A stretch of 64,000 bases of DNA from an uncultured Verrucomicrobiota bacterium (GTDB lineage: Bacteria > Verrucomicrobiota > Verrucomicrobiia > Limisphaerales > UBA8199): positions 20,386 to 84,385 of the forward strand of contig CAIQQM010000291.1 of NCBI GenBank assembly GCA_903873945.1, in the 5' to 3' direction. Below are positions 29,310 through 37,833 of the stretch, piece after piece. The translations under genes were made by a program, and so were the position numbers. How positions within the stretch are numbered: position 1 is the first letter of the stretch; each line of letters opens with the position of its first letter. Below the pieces are notes generated by a model that worked only from the letters and a program-made list of their open reading frames with translations, had not been told where the DNA came from and ran no database searches.

Positions 29310-30419
29310 CTATTTGGACCCATTATAGTAACAATGGACAGAGTGAATAGTGAAGTCAAGCTCCTCCCGCGTCAGGTGCTGGTGGGCGGGGAGGGTAATA
29401 ATGCTGCGGCAGTCGGCTTCGGCCTTCGGGAAGGTCCCCGGTTTATACCCCAAATAGGCGGCGGCGGGTTGGAGGTGGATGGGTTTGGGATAATGCACCT
29501 TGGCTTCGATGCCGCGCTGCTGCAGGAAGGCCAGGAGGCCGTCGCGGTCCTTGGCGCGCACCATGTACAGGTGATAGACATGCTTGACGCCGGGGCGCCG
29601 GAGGGGGGGCTTGACGAACTCCGGAATGTCGGCCCAGGCGGCGTCGTAATAGGCTGCGTTCTTGATCCGGGTTTGGGTGATGAAATCCAGTTGTGGCAGG
29701 AGACGGTTGGCCACGACGGCTTGCAGGGTGTCCAGGCGGCAGTTGATGCCGAAAAACTCGATTTCGTCGCGGTTGACGAGTCCATGATTGCGATAGAGCC
29801 TGAGTTTGCGGGCCAGTTCCGCCGAGCGGGTGGTGACCACGCCTCCGTCAGCCCAAACATTCAAGTTCTTGAGCGGATGCAAGCTGTAGGCGGCAGCCTC
29901 ACCCCAGGAACCCATGGGGCGGCCGTTGAATTCGCCGCCAATCGACTGGCAGGAATCCTCGAAAATCATGAGGCCGCGTTTGTCGGCGATGGCCTTGATC
30001 CGGTCGAGGTCGGGGATATTGCCACTGAAGGTTACCGTGACGATGGCTTTGGTCCGGGGCGTAATGGCCGCTTCGATCTTCTCGGGATCAATCATGAGAC
30101 CGTCTTCACTGTCCACGAGCACGGGACGCGCGCCGGTGGCGACGATGGCGCCGACGGTGGCGTAGAAGGTCATGGTGGTGGTGATCACTTCATCGCCCGG
30201 ACCGATGCCGGAGAGTTTCATCGGCAGGATCAACGCATCCGTTCCGGTGCCTACGCCGATGGCGTGCGGCATGCCGGCGCGTTTGGCAAAACGCTCTTCG
30301 AACTCCGTCAGCGGCTTGCCCAAAGTGAAATCTCCGCTTTTCACCAGCGCCCGGATATCGTGCAGATAATCTTCGACGTCAGCGAATTGGCGGTCCAGAT
30401 AGGAGAAAGGGACTTTCAT
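29310..30419 (-). CDS. DegT/DnrJ/EryC1/StrS-family PLP-dependent sugar aminotransferase
   Basis: MKVPFSYLDRQF... with the PLP-lysine motif YSLHPLKNLNVWADGG. I used the start at 30419 (M21 of the ORF-track translation). Confidence 0.9.
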   Translation of the reverse strand: MKVPFSYLDRQFADVEDYLHDIRALVKSGDFTLGKPLTEFEERFAKRAGMPHAIGVGTGTDALILPMKLSGIGPGDEVITTTMTFYATVGAIVATGARPVLVDSEDGLMIDPEKIEAAITPRTKAIVTVTFSGNIPDLDRIKAIADKRGLMIFEDSCQSIGGEFNGRPMGSWGEAAAYSLHPLKNLNVWADGGVVTTRSAELARKLRLYRNHGLVNRDEIEFFGINCRLDTLQAVVANRLLPQLDFITQTRIKNAAYYDAAWADIPEFVKPPLRRPGVKHVYHLYMVRAKDRDGLLAFLQQRGIEAKVHYPKPIHLQPAAAYLGYKPGTFPKAEADCRSIITLPAHQHLTREELDFTIHSVHCYYNGSK

Positions 30420-30432
30420 GGGATAATGGGAT

Positions 30433-31545
30433 TTAGTTCGTTTTATAAAAATCGAGGATGGCCTGAGCAACTGCGTCAATTTGCTGGCCGCTGAGTTCGG
30501 AATAGATGGGGAGGCTGAGAATTCGCCCAGCCAGACGTTCGCAAACCGGGAAGTCTCCTTCGCGGTGGCCCAACCGCCGGCCGACGGTCATCAAATGGAT
30601 GGGGACGGGGTAATGGATGGCTGTTCCGATGCCTTGCGTTTGCAGGTACTGGACCAACTCATCCCGCTTGTCGGCCTGCACTACGAACGTGTGATAGACA
30701 CAGAATTCGCCGGGGCCATCGACGGGGCATTGCAGGCGCCGGCAGGCAGCCAAACGCAGACGATAGCGTTCGGCATTGGCCCGGCGGGAGGCGGTGATAG
30801 CCTCCAGGTGCCGAAGCTTGACCCGGAGTATGGCGGCCTGGATGGAATCAAGACGGGACACCATGCTGAATTCAAGACAATCATTCCGACTGGGCTGGCC
30901 ATGGTTGCGCAGCAGCCGCGCGCGCTGCCAAACCGATTCGTCATCGGTAACCAGCATTCCGCCATCGCCGCAGGCGTTCAGATTCTTCAACGGGTGGAGG
31001 CTGAAGCAGCCGATCCGGCTGAGTGAGCCCACCGGCTTTCCGTGCAAAGCCGCACCAACCGCCTGGGCCGCATCTTCGATCAGTTCCACCCCGCGCTCTT
31101 GCGCGAGGGCTGACAACTCTTTCATCGCCGCAGGTTTGCCGGTCAGATGCACTGGAATAATGGCCCTGGTGCGCGGAGTAATGGCGCGGGCCACGGCTTC
31201 CGGGTCCAAATTCAAATCATCCCGCACATCGGCAAACTTCGGCACGGCTCCGGCCAGGGCAATGCAACTGGCGCTGGCGAGATAAGAATTGGGAGCCGTA
31301 ATCACTTCATCGCCCGGCCCGATGCCGAGGCACCGAAGCGCGAGGATCAAAGCGTCGGTTCCTGAATTGAGCCCCACGGCGTAGCGGGCGCCGCAAAAAA
31401 CGGCAAACTCCTGCTCAAAGCGCTCGGTTTCCTCGCCCAGAATAAACTGGCCCGAATCGAGCACCCCCGCGACAGCCTGGAGCATCTGCTCGCGCTGGGG
31501 GTGTTGCCGGTGGGACAGGTTTACGTAAGGAATGGATGTGCTCAT
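30433..31545 (-). CDS. DegT/DnrJ/EryC1/StrS-family PLP-dependent sugar aminotransferase (second paralog)
   Basis: IPYVNLSHRQ... with the PLP-lysine motif FSLHPLKNLNACGDGG. I used the start at 31545 (M28 of the ORF-track translation). Confidence 0.9.
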   Translation of the reverse strand: MSTSIPYVNLSHRQHPQREQMLQAVAGVLDSGQFILGEETERFEQEFAVFCGARYAVGLNSGTDALILALRCLGIGPGDEVITAPNSYLASASCIALAGAVPKFADVRDDLNLDPEAVARAITPRTRAIIPVHLTGKPAAMKELSALAQERGVELIEDAAQAVGAALHGKPVGSLSRIGCFSLHPLKNLNACGDGGMLVTDDESVWQRARLLRNHGQPSRNDCLEFSMVSRLDSIQAAILRVKLRHLEAITASRRANAERYRLRLAACRRLQCPVDGPGEFCVYHTFVVQADKRDELVQYLQTQGIGTAIHYPVPIHLMTVGRRLGHREGDFPVCERLAGRILSLPIYSELSGQQIDAVAQAILDFYKTN

Positions 31546-31558
31546 TGCAAACCAGGAT

Positions 31559-32635
31559 TTAGAAAGGACCAGGAAACTCAAGGTATGGGACATCCACAGG
31601 ACAGGGCCGCTTGGGAAACTTATCAACCAAACTGGCTCCGCGCCCGACGATCCGCGCGGCCGCCAGAAATAAGTCGGGGGCGGCCGGATAATAAACCGCC
31701 GCCAGCGCGGAAGAGCTGGGGGAGGCGCAATCCGGGTAAGTCACGCGCACGGGTGGAGCATTCAATTTCAACCCCGCCTCGCCAACCCGGGCGACGATCT
31801 CCGCCGCAAATCCGCACTGACGGGTATCGTCATCCGCCACCACCAATCCCCGGGTCTTTTTCACAGAGTTGGCAATCGTCTCGAAGTCCAGCGGATTCAA
31901 GCATCGCACGTCCACAACCTCCATTTCCACCCCCGCGTGGGCGGAGGCAAAATCCGCAGCCCGCAAGGCTTCAATCACCATGTGGGAACTGGCCACTACC
32001 GTCACATCCGAACCGCTCCTCGCGACCAGACACTCGCCCAAAGGAGTGCGGTGATAACCCTCCGGCACAGGTCCGCGCATATTGTGCAGCCAACGATGCT
32101 CCAGAAAAATCACAGGGTTGTCGTCCTCCACGCTGGCGACCAGCAGGCCTTTGGCATCCGCCGGCGAGGCCGGGGCAACCACTTTTAGACCGGGTATATG
32201 CGCAAACCAAGAGCTTAGACTCTGGGCGTGCTGGGGCCCCTGCCCCCAGCCCCGGCCGATGATCATTCGGATCACAATCGGGATCGTGCCGCCGCGGCCG
32301 TCAAACATGTAATACCATTTGGCCGCCTGGTTGACGATTTGTTCAAGGCTCAAGAGCGCAAAATCGACGCGTTGATGGGTAAGGATGGGGCGCATTCCGC
32401 CCAAGGCCGCGCCAATGACCAGACCGGTCAGAGCGTTTTCGGACAACGGCACATCCAGAGCCCGATCGGCGCCGAACTCGGCCGCCAGCTCGGCGGTGGT
32501 TCCGAAAATCCCTTTCGGGTCGGGCACTCCCAGGCCAATCACAAAAGCACGCGGGTCGCGGGCCAGGCAGAGAGCGGTGCCTTCGCGGATGGCCTCGGCG
32601 AAGGTCAGCTCTCGTGTTGGGGATTTGTCGCTCAT
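31559..32635 (-). CDS. ThDP-dependent 2-oxoacid dehydrogenase E1 component, beta-subunit-like (transketolase Pyr/C domains)
   Basis: TFAEAIREGTALCLARDPRAFVIGLGV..., DVPLSENALTGLVIGAALGGMRPI, FLEHRWLH. The start overlaps the E1alpha stop (ATGA at 32632-32635). Confidence 0.85.
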   Translation of the reverse strand: MSDKSPTRELTFAEAIREGTALCLARDPRAFVIGLGVPDPKGIFGTTAELAAEFGADRALDVPLSENALTGLVIGAALGGMRPILTHQRVDFALLSLEQIVNQAAKWYYMFDGRGGTIPIVIRMIIGRGWGQGPQHAQSLSSWFAHIPGLKVVAPASPADAKGLLVASVEDDNPVIFLEHRWLHNMRGPVPEGYHRTPLGECLVARSGSDVTVVASSHMVIEALRAADFASAHAGVEMEVVDVRCLNPLDFETIANSVKKTRGLVVADDDTRQCGFAAEIVARVGEAGLKLNAPPVRVTYPDCASPSSSALAAVYYPAAPDLFLAAARIVGRGASLVDKFPKRPCPVDVPYLEFPGPF

Positions 32636-33660
32636 GGCGCAAACACTCCCCTCTGCAAGGTCGCCGCGTCCGGCATGGGACTGGAGCGGACATTTTCAAT
32701 GACCGCATCGATTTCCCGGATATATCGTTTTTCGGCCGCTGTCATTTCCGGGTCGAGTGCCGGGCTCAATGCCAGCAAGCGCGTTCGCGCGACAGCTAAG
32801 GGGCAACGCTCCGCCCAATGCTTGATCTGTTCCGCCTCGCGGTAGCCTAGGTGGTCATCCTGTCCGGGGCCGCAGTGTTCGTAATAGCGCCAGGTGGAAA
32901 ACTCGACCACACACGGCCGGCCCGGGTCTTGGCGCATGGCGGAAAGCGCCTGGCCGGTCAGAGCGAAGACTTCTTCAACATCGTTGCCATGCCCTGAGAA
33001 ATAGAGGCTCCCGTGGCTTCGCACGTAACTTCCAAATTCAAAATCCGGGGCGCGCCGCAAACTGAGGGGCGTGTAAACCGAGAAGCCATTGTTTTCGCAG
33101 ATGAAAAGCATCGGCACGCGCAACACGCACGCAAGGTTGAGCGTTTCGGTGAAAACCCCCTCTTCGGTTGCGCCTTCGCCGAAAAATGCGGTGGTCAGCT
33201 CATCGCCACCTCTCCGTTTGTCGGCTAACGCCAGCCCCAAGGCGATGGGCATAGTGCTGCCCACGATCGGCACCGCGCCCCAAAAACCGGCTTCCCGGTC
33301 GATCAGATGCATCGAGCCGCCGCGGCCGCCGCAGCAGCCGGCTTCCCGGCCATAGAGTTCGGCGAGCATGGCGCGGATATTGCCGCCTTTGGCCAGATAG
33401 TGGCCGTGAGACCGGTGCGCGCTCATCACTTTGTCCTGCTTGCGCAAATGAGCGCAAACTCCGACCGCCACAGCTTCCTGGCCGATGCTCAGGTGGACCG
33501 GACAGCGCATCTCTTTCTCACCGTAACGCTCCGCGATGCGCCGCTCGATAACGCGGATGCGCAGCATCTCCAGATACAGGCGCCAGAGCCGATCGCATAT
33601 TTGGCTTGAGGTTTCCGCCCGGGGCGGCTGGCTCAGAGGCACCGGTGAGTTGGCCATCAT
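32632..33660 (-). CDS. ThDP-dependent 2-oxoacid dehydrogenase E1 component, alpha-subunit-like
   Basis: LSIGQEAVAVGV, HRSHGHYLAKG, GGRGGSMH. The ThDP motif reads FFGEGATEEG...ENNGFSV, so GDG is GEG here. Confidence 0.85.
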   Translation of the reverse strand: MMANSPVPLSQPPRAETSSQICDRLWRLYLEMLRIRVIERRIAERYGEKEMRCPVHLSIGQEAVAVGVCAHLRKQDKVMSAHRSHGHYLAKGGNIRAMLAELYGREAGCCGGRGGSMHLIDREAGFWGAVPIVGSTMPIALGLALADKRRGGDELTTAFFGEGATEEGVFTETLNLACVLRVPMLFICENNGFSVYTPLSLRRAPDFEFGSYVRSHGSLYFSGHGNDVEEVFALTGQALSAMRQDPGRPCVVEFSTWRYYEHCGPGQDDHLGYREAEQIKHWAERCPLAVARTRLLALSPALDPEMTAAEKRYIREIDAVIENVRSSPMPDAATLQRGVFAP

Positions 33661-33676
33661 TGTGCGGAGTTGAGCC

Positions 33677-34696
33677 TTATCGAATGCGGAGTTCCTGCAT
33701 CCGCTTGATATTCGAAAAGAGCGTATTGGTCATCGGGTTGGGTATTTTCCCGGCTCGGTAGGCGACGGCAATGCTGCTGATGGCATCCTCGATGGTGAAC
33801 TTTGGCTCGAACCCGAGCACGTTCTTGATCTTCTCAGAGTTGACATGGTAGGAGCGATTGTCGTTCGTCGGCGTGTACTCCAATTCGATGACCGGATCAT
33901 CGAGCACTTTGACCACCATTTTCGCAATGTCTTCGATCGAGCGATTCTGGAAGCCGACATTGAAGGCCTCGCGGTCAATTTTGGCGCCGGGTGCTTGCAG
34001 GAATAGATGATAGGCCCGCACCATATCGTCGATGTGGAGGTTGGGGCGGAGCTGTTTGCCGCCAAAGATGCGGATCTTACGGTTCACGAGCGCGTTGATC
34101 GTGAGAATATTAACGCTGAGGTCAAGCCGCAGGCGCGGTGCGTAGCCGCAGATAGTCGCCGGACGCACGATGACGCGTTCCATGCCATTGGCATTGGAGT
34201 GGGCCAACAGATCCCGCTCGCAATCCAGCTTGAAACGCGAGTAATCCGTCAACGGCTCAGGCGCAGCATCCTCGCGGACATTCGGGTCCTCCTTAACTCC
34301 GTAAATGCTGGAAGAGCTGGCGTAGACGAACCGCTTGACGCCCTGGTCGATGGAACTCTGCAGCAACCCGGCAAACGCGTCGTAGTTGATCGATTTGCCA
34401 AGCGAAGGATCGAGTTCGAAACTCGGGTCGTTGGAAATGCATGCCAGGTGGATAACGGCGTCGATGCCCTTGAGCGCCGCTTTCAGGCGTGTACTGTTGC
34501 GGATGTCCAACTCGATCCGTTCAAGCTGTGGATTCCGGTTGGCGTCGCCATAGACGTCGCGGCCGTACCAAAACAGATCGACGACTTTGACCTCGTAGCC
34601 TTGCTTGAGTAGAGAGGGCACGAGGGCGCTGCCGACGTAGCCGCCACCCCCAGTGACCAGGACTGATTTGAATTCATGAGGATGCTGCTTGTTCAT
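33677..34696 (-). CDS. NAD-dependent sugar epimerase/dehydratase (extended SDR)
   Basis: VLVTGGGGYVGSAL (GxxGxxG), the ASSSSIYG serine, and the YSRFK (YxxxK) catalytic dyad. Confidence 0.9.
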   Translation of the reverse strand: MNKQHPHEFKSVLVTGGGGYVGSALVPSLLKQGYEVKVVDLFWYGRDVYGDANRNPQLERIELDIRNSTRLKAALKGIDAVIHLACISNDPSFELDPSLGKSINYDAFAGLLQSSIDQGVKRFVYASSSSIYGVKEDPNVREDAAPEPLTDYSRFKLDCERDLLAHSNANGMERVIVRPATICGYAPRLRLDLSVNILTINALVNRKIRIFGGKQLRPNLHIDDMVRAYHLFLQAPGAKIDREAFNVGFQNRSIEDIAKMVVKVLDDPVIELEYTPTNDNRSYHVNSEKIKNVLGFEPKFTIEDAISSIAVAYRAGKIPNPMTNTLFSNIKRMQELRIR

Positions 34697-34703
34697 AAAA
34701 ACG

Positions 34704-36233
34704 TTACTTCATCAAAGACGTGATATGCCGGAACAGGCTTGTCGGCTCGATGAAGCTGCGGTGGCCCATAATAGTGCAGGCTTCCGCTCCGACGACGTTC
34801 GCGATAAAACCGAGCACCTGGGGCGGCACGCTCAAGGCCGCGCAAGGGGCTGTAAGGCCCAGCACGGCATCTCCCGCGCCGACGCGGTCCACGACGCGGA
34901 TGGCAAACGCGGGCACGTGGAAAGTGCCTTGTTCACGGTCATGAACCAAGCAACCGGAGGCGCCGCGCGTCACGAGGAAGTTTTTCGTTGAGATTTTACG
35001 GGCGATACCTTCAGCCAGGCCCCGCAGGTCGCCGCTGGCTTTGCGGGCGTCGAGGCGGACTTCGGGATCCCCGATAGAGACAAAATCGGCGCGCGGGTAT
35101 TTTGAGATGGTGTTGAAGCCTTTGTTGCCGGCATTGGCCTGAGTGTTGACGGCCAGGAATTTGGATTTCTTGCAGACTAATTCCACGCCCCGGTCAGTCA
35201 TCAAGCCGTGGCCATAATCGGCGACCACCACCAGGTCAAATTGTGGGGCCAGCCGTTCCAGCGCGGAGCAGAACTCCGCCTCCGCCTCGGCTGGCATGGC
35301 GTCATTGCGCATCACATAGACCTCAAAGAGCTTGGCTGAGAGATATTCCTCGAGAAACCGGCGTTTGATGATCGTCGGCGCACCCGCCACCCGGACGAAT
35401 TGAGGCGTGATGTTCTTATTCAGTTTGGAGAGGATGAAATCCTCGCACGAATTGATCTGCCCAACCGAACTGAGAAGGGTGACATTGTCGCAAAAGTTCG
35501 AGATGTGATTGGCAATGGCCGGCGCGCCGCCGGCGTATTGCTCGGTTCGATTATGCAGGGCGGCCAGCACCGGTTCCTTGCCGGATTTGCCCATCACCGA
35601 GCAAAACTGGTATTCGTCGATAATGGTTTCCCCCACAATGAGCACCTTAAGTTTGCGAATGGCCTGAAGGTAGCCGACGATCTCTTCCGGAGTGTGGCGC
35701 ATGCGGAACTGCTCGAGGAACGCCTTGGTTTCCGTGGAAAAAACGTCCGTAAACCGGTTAATGAGGGCCGACGCGCTAAAGGTTTCCTCATCGGTGAGCA
35801 CGAGTTGCCCGCCAGTCGCTTTGACGGCATTCTCCTCTTTGTCGATGGCATCGGTATGGTCGCGTTTTCCCGCCTCGCGCACGATGCCTTTCACATAGAA
35901 CGAAGGCCGGAGCCGTTCTATGGTTTCCACCGCCGTAGGCCATTCATTGATGGCGACAAAATCGACACAGGCAAGGGAAGCCAGGGCTTCCGCACGCAAA
36001 CGTTCGGGAAAGGCGGGGCGATGGGGTCCTTTGTTGACGAACCGGTCGGGGGTAATCGTCACGACGAGCAAATCGCCTAACTTGCGGGCCGCTTCAAGAT
36101 GCTTGATGTGTCCGATATGCAACAGGTCAAAAACTCCGTGGCAGTGCACGGCCCTCTTCCCTTCGGCTCGAAGTACTGCCAGGGTTTTGGCCAGGTCCTC
36201 GATCGGTCTTATCTTGCGCTCGGTCGTGTCCAT
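34704..36233 (-). CDS. bifunctional sugar-phosphate nucleotidyltransferase (N) / PfkB-family sugar kinase (C), HldE-like with reversed domain order
   Basis: The N-terminal domain has HCHGVFDLLHIGHIKHLEAARK (HxGH) and FYVKG. The C-terminal domain has VNTQANAGN and VDRVGAGDAVLG (PfkB signature). I chose the ATG at 36233 (MDTTERK); the 116 upstream codons look non-coding. Confidence 0.8.
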   Translation of the reverse strand: MDTTERKIRPIEDLAKTLAVLRAEGKRAVHCHGVFDLLHIGHIKHLEAARKLGDLLVVTITPDRFVNKGPHRPAFPERLRAEALASLACVDFVAINEWPTAVETIERLRPSFYVKGIVREAGKRDHTDAIDKEENAVKATGGQLVLTDEETFSASALINRFTDVFSTETKAFLEQFRMRHTPEEIVGYLQAIRKLKVLIVGETIIDEYQFCSVMGKSGKEPVLAALHNRTEQYAGGAPAIANHISNFCDNVTLLSSVGQINSCEDFILSKLNKNITPQFVRVAGAPTIIKRRFLEEYLSAKLFEVYVMRNDAMPAEAEAEFCSALERLAPQFDLVVVADYGHGLMTDRGVELVCKKSKFLAVNTQANAGNKGFNTISKYPRADFVSIGDPEVRLDARKASGDLRGLAEGIARKISTKNFLVTRGASGCLVHDREQGTFHVPAFAIRVVDRVGAGDAVLGLTAPCAALSVPPQVLGFIANVVGAEACTIMGHRSFIEPTSLFRHITSLMK

Positions 36234-36515
36234 CTCGTGTTCCGGTCTAAAGAATTTAAAGATTACTTTGGCAGAGGAAAGCACTTTCTTCCCTCGCATT
36301 CCGAAATTGGGCCTATGAGACCTTGCCGTCGAGACTGAGGCGATCAAATGGACCAGCCCACTCGCTGCTGCTCTCCTGCGCCTCCAAGTGCAGAATAGCT
36401 GCTGCCAGTGCGCAGCCGTGAAACACAGGCTCAGGTTTTCCCCAGGAGCCTGCAGAATAGTTTTCCAACAGGCGTTTTCTTGAACCGGAGGGACTTTCAG
36501 TGTAACTAAGGCCCC

Positions 36516-37784
36516 ATGTCGCAGCCAGTTGATTTCCCACCAGTGCCCCCGGCGAGAAAACATGCCTCCTTTTTCCGCCAAAGTGGCTGGCTAATGATTT
36601 CAGGAATCGGCGGGGGCGTTCTGATGTGGGCGGTCCATTTTCTGTCCAAGGCCATTCCAGCCGGCGAATACGGTCTTTTTGGAGCCCTGATGGCCGTGGG
36701 GATGTGCATCCCAGCCATGCCGCTGCAAATGATCCTCGCGCAACAGACGGCCAAAGCCATCGCCTGTCACCGGGAGGGCGAGCTCTCAGGCATGATCCGC
36801 TTGCTTTGGCGTTGGACCTTCGTTCTCTGGTTCGTTGGTGCCGTCGTCGTGCTGATATTTCAAGAGAGCATTCTGAAGGGATGGGAAGCCTCGAGCCCTG
36901 CGGGACTCTGGTTAATGCTCCCCGTCCTGCTGCTTTCGATTTGGGGGCCGATGTTTGGAGGGATTCTCCAAGGACAACAGAACTTTCTTTGGCTTGGCTG
37001 GTCTGGAATTTTCAACGCTTTTTTCCGGTTGTCGGTTGCCGCATTTGCGGTGCTGGCCTTGGGTGGACGGGCCGCGGGCATGGTGACAGGCGTCCTCGTT
37101 GGCGCGGGGATCTCCCAGGCGATCGCATTCTGGCAGACGCGCTCCCTTTGGCTGCTTCCGCCCCTGCCTTTCGACTGGCGCGGCTTGCTCCGCCAGGTCA
37201 TCCCATTGGTCCTCGCCTGCGCCGCTTTCCAATTCCTGTTCACCGCTGATACAATGTTTGTGAAGACGTATTTCAGCCCGGATGAAGTCGGGTTCTATGT
37301 GGGCGCCGGAACTTTGTCGCGCGCGCTCATGTGGCTGGTTGGCCCTCTGGCAACAGTGATGTTCCCGCGAATCGTCCACCACTCGGCCAAAGCTGAAAAA
37401 ACCGACTTGATGGGGCTCGTGCTTTTGGGAACGGCCATTATGGCAGTGGCCGGGGCGATCTGTCTTTCGGTGCTGGGTCCGTGGATAATCAAACTCGTTT
37501 ACAAGCAAAGCTACGTGGCGGTCGCCTCTGCCGTGCTGCCTTGGTATGCCGCGGCGATGGTTCCGCTCGCGCTCGCTAATGTGCTGCTCAATAATCTGAT
37601 GGCTCGGAGCTTGTTTCGGGCAGTGCCGGCGCTGTGTCTGTTGGCTGTGGCCTACGGTTTGGCGCTCACCCACTTTCACCACAGTCTGGTGAGCGTGCTC
37701 AAGACGTGTGGCGTGTTCAATCTCCTACTCCTGGCCGTCTGCGCCTCGTTTACCTGGGTGAAGCCGTCTGTAAGATGTTCTTGA
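36516..37784 (+). CDS. polysaccharide/oligosaccharide flippase (Wzx/MOP superfamily)-like membrane protein
   Basis: About 12 predicted TM helices at 422 aa. Transcribed divergently from the sugar operon and followed by a GT2. The family call rests on topology and context. Confidence 0.65.
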   Translation: MSQPVDFPPVPPARKHASFFRQSGWLMISGIGGGVLMWAVHFLSKAIPAGEYGLFGALMAVGMCIPAMPLQMILAQQTAKAIACHREGELSGMIRLLWRWTFVLWFVGAVVVLIFQESILKGWEASSPAGLWLMLPVLLLSIWGPMFGGILQGQQNFLWLGWSGIFNAFFRLSVAAFAVLALGGRAAGMVTGVLVGAGISQAIAFWQTRSLWLLPPLPFDWRGLLRQVIPLVLACAAFQFLFTADTMFVKTYFSPDEVGFYVGAGTLSRALMWLVGPLATVMFPRIVHHSAKAEKTDLMGLVLLGTAIMAVAGAICLSVLGPWIIKLVYKQSYVAVASAVLPWYAAAMVPLALANVLLNNLMARSLFRAVPALCLLAVAYGLALTHFHHSLVSVLKTCGVFNLLLLAVCASFTWVKPSVRCS

Positions 37785-37833
37785 GTTACGTTTCCGACTT
37801 TCTTAGCGTGCCGCCAATGAACTTCCTTTTGGC

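Noticed and set aside
29334-30494. Long plus-strand ORF (386 aa) antisense to the DegT aminotransferase. Similar long antisense ORFs occur at 6468-7562, 27559-28380, 28644-29309, 31501-32262, 34007-34612, 45848-46831, 47626-48375 and 59478-60170.
   Set aside because: These are shadow ORFs, typical of GC-rich DNA. Their translations are Arg/Gly/Pro/His-rich and low-complexity with no motifs. In each case the opposite strand encodes a protein with clear family signatures.
36234-36581. 116-codon upstream extension of the HldE-like gene. Comparable extensions occur at 22757-23026, 6494-6748, 39406-39492, 42145-42216, 46835-46906, 28210-28290, 30420-30479 and 31546-31626.
   Set aside because: The extensions lack homology-like sequence and overlap neighbouring genes or divergent promoter space. 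Internal starts give N-termini typical of the respective families.
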